A DNA stretch of 64,000 bases. It comes from Chrysemys picta bellii. Its lineage: Eukaryota. The position numbers were made by a program, and so were the translations under genes. Shown here piece after piece: positions 61,541 through 64,000 of the stretch. How positions within the stretch are numbered: the first letter of the stretch is position 1; each line of letters opens with the position of its first letter. The stretch is taken from positions 74,214,001 through 74,278,000 of the forward strand of contig NC_088801.1 of the NCBI RefSeq assembly GCF_011386835.1. The letters run 5' to 3'. The notes beneath the pieces are model-generated. The model was not told the DNA's origin, made no database searches, and saw nothing but the letters and a program-made list of their open reading frames with translations.

Positions 61541-63145
61541 CTGAAACATAGCAGTGGGGCTGCAGAGGCATGAACTAGCCACCTGAATACATACCCGGGG
61601 GGTGGAGGGGATTGTACTCAGGTGATCAGCCCTCGTTGCTGGCCCAGCCACACAGTTATTTTTCAGTGCTCGCTTGAGAAGAACTAGCATGTGTATGCGT
61701 ACCTGAGCTGGGACTTAAACCTGCCACCGGCTGTGTTGATGTACCCTTAGGCTGCCAGCTATCAGCTGTGCCCTGATCCTGCAATGGGGCTCCACGCAGG
61801 CATATTTCATTGAAGGATCAAGGCCTAATACTTAGACCAAATGACGAGAAATCATCCATTCCAGAATAGCTCTGGACTGAGACCCCTAGTCTAAATGTAA
61901 CTCACTCAATAAAAGCATCTCATCAGCAACTCCTTGGCTCGTGTGTTCATCCCCCTCCCCAACACACACACACACACACAGCCCCCACTACAAGGTTCTC
62001 ATTTATTTGTTGGGGACAGACAATGCCCGCAACTCCCCCACCCCCAAGCCAAGCAGGGATGAAATGCTTCTGAAAAGGCTTAGAGAACCCAATGGCTCTC
62101 AGGGAAGGGGAGTCTGAAGGCCAACAATGATCTGGCTTTGTAGGACACAGCATGGGAACAGAAGACATTTGCTATTCTGAGCTGCAGCAAACAGGCGTGA
62201 TCGAGGAGTCAATCAGATGTCTTAACAAGGCAGGCGCTGCTGCAGTCTGGGGTATGTTGTTTAAACTGCTTTATACCCACTGTAGCAGGCTGCAGCCCTG
62301 AAGGCAGCTTCTCACAGCTGGTCCCTTTAAATTGCTCACAGCCACTTCCACCTAGGCTAACAACACAGTCTTTCAAAAAACACTCTCAACACAACCCAAA
62401 ACCTTCATGACAAAGTCCTTTCCTTTCAGGCATCCCTGAAGCCTTTGTCCATGACTTGGAGGCCAGGTCATACCACCTCAGCCCTTTCCCCCTTAGGCAG
62501 GCATAGGTCAACCATCCTTCCCATGCTACCATCCCTCCCATCATGAGGGAAGAGGCAGCTTATATGCTGCTCTTCCCCAGAACTTATCCTGATTGGCTAA
62601 GAGAGAAGGGACCCTAGTCTCATCCTACAATACAAGGTTCCTGATCCCAGGTCCTTAAAGAAACAGTAGCCTGCGTTTTCCCAGCCACTCACTAGCATCC
62701 TGGGACCATTCCTGCTACACAGCACTGCCTCTGCCATTCCTTAAGCCCTCATCTGCTCTACAATCCCTGGAATGGAGCAACCTGGTCTCCCTGACTTCCC
62801 CCGCTGGTCATAGGGGGCCAATATAACCTTACACTCAGCATGTACAGTTGATAAAGACAGGACACATTCTCATCTTCATCCTACATAAAAGTCAATCGTT
62901 AAAACTGGGGAAGGATCTCTAAACAAGCACCCCAGACTTGGGGGAAATTTGCCTCTGGATGTTGCTCCAAACATCGGCTGGGGGAAAACCCAAAATAAAC
63001 TGATCTGATCACCCCTTAAACTTTGCACCTTGGGCTAAAACTGAAAAAGAGCCTGATGCAAAACATATAGACGTCAATGGAAAGACATCCATAGACTTCT
63101 AGAATCATTGGCTCACGCCAAAAGCTAGCAAACGAATATGACTCA

Positions 63146-63432
63146 GGCGTCCTCACTACAGGGTGGGGAGGTGTCGATTTAAGATACGCAAATTCAGCTA
63201 CGTGAATAGCATAGCTGAATTCGACGTATCGGAGCCGACTTACCCCGCTGTGAGGACGGTGGCAAATCGACCTCCGCGGCTCCCCCGTCGACGGCGCTTA
63301 CTCCTACCTCCGCTGGTGGAGTAGAAGCGTCGATTCGGGGATCGATTGTTGCGTCCCGACGAGATGCGATAATTCGATCCCCGAGAGATCGATTTCTACC
63401 CACCGATTCAGGCGGGTAGTGTAGACCTGCCC
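63146..63432. mobile_element. Harbinger/PIF-like MITE, CpG-rich (young copy)
   Basis: GGCGTCCTCACTAC / GTAGTGTAGACCTGCCC termini. 3-bp TSD TCA (63143-63145, 63433-63435). Confidence 0.8.
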
Positions 63433-64000
63433 TCAGAAGTGATGCATGACACATAAGGACAAAAAGGAAAGGCCATTGGACTCATTAAACTGAATGACGT
63501 TGAGACTCCGGCAAAGTAACTGCTCAACTACGTATTCCTAACCAGGGCCAGGAATACCATCCAAACTTCCCGGATGTACTGTCCTTTCTGGAATACAGCT
63601 GGATGCTGGATACATTGAAATTGTTTGTAAAACAAACGACGGTCGCTTCCTCCCCGAGTTTTTTCCAAGTTGACAAAAATAATCACACCAACATTTAATA
63701 CGATCGTAAATTATGGGCCAAATCCTCAGCTGGTGACTTCAATGAATTGCACCAGCTGACGCTCTGGCCTTGTATCGACACCCACAGTACAAGCTCCCAA
63801 AAGCACTTTCACAAACAGGCCCAGACGCTCAGCTGGCGTGACTCAGTAAAACTCCACTGAAGTCAATGGCGTTGCCTTGGCTACAGAAGTGGAACATCTG
63901 GCCTGTATGATCTATGGTGTTGCTTTATAGAATGCACATTTCCTGAAACTTTTTTGCATTTTCATTTGGTTAGAATGCAATTTTCCTTCATTTATCAGCT

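Larger units (their letters stand above)
59575..61747. mobile_element. Old MITE hosting two younger insertions
   Basis: Removing the SINE and the hAT insert rejoins ...gctagcacctaaaca|tagcagtggggctgc... The element ends gtgttgatgtaccct. Boundaries approximate. Confidence 0.5.

Noticed and set aside
59928-61573. Dense cluster of long overlapping ORFs (up to 270 aa) suggesting a gene
   Set aside because: All lie inside a TIR/TSD-bounded GC-rich element. Stop codons are scarce in all six frames because of composition, and no protein motif is present.

Overview
This is repeat-rich vertebrate genomic DNA, most likely from a cryptodiran turtle. The taxonomic call rests on a tortoise-type tRNA-head/CR1-tail SINE, turtle-type CR1 LINEs and Penelope-like element (PLE) termini. 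It is inferred from recalled repeat families, not from a database search. Most ORFs in the supplied track are by-products of repeats or chance. Well-supported repeats: a 5'-truncated, inactivated CR1 (54.2-57.2 kb); a Vingi/ingi-like LINE remnant; a probable RTE remnant; a PLE GIY-YIG fragment; two solo LTRs with perfect 5-bp target-site duplications (TSDs); many hAT MITEs with 8-bp TSDs; and Tigger-like, Harbinger-like and MIR-like elements. No protein-coding gene could be named. Three observations stand out. (1) A candidate three-coding-exon minus-strand gene (25301->21506) whose phase-compatible exons splice into an 81-aa protein with a hydrophobic N-terminus and an acidic, Pro-rich tail. 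(2) A transposon-type PIF1 helicase relic directly abutting a PLE endonuclease fragment (18.8-19.9 kb). (3) About 200-bp palindromic PLE mini-elements with ~12-bp TSDs that carry minimal hammerhead-ribozyme motifs, from two PLE families sharing one fold.
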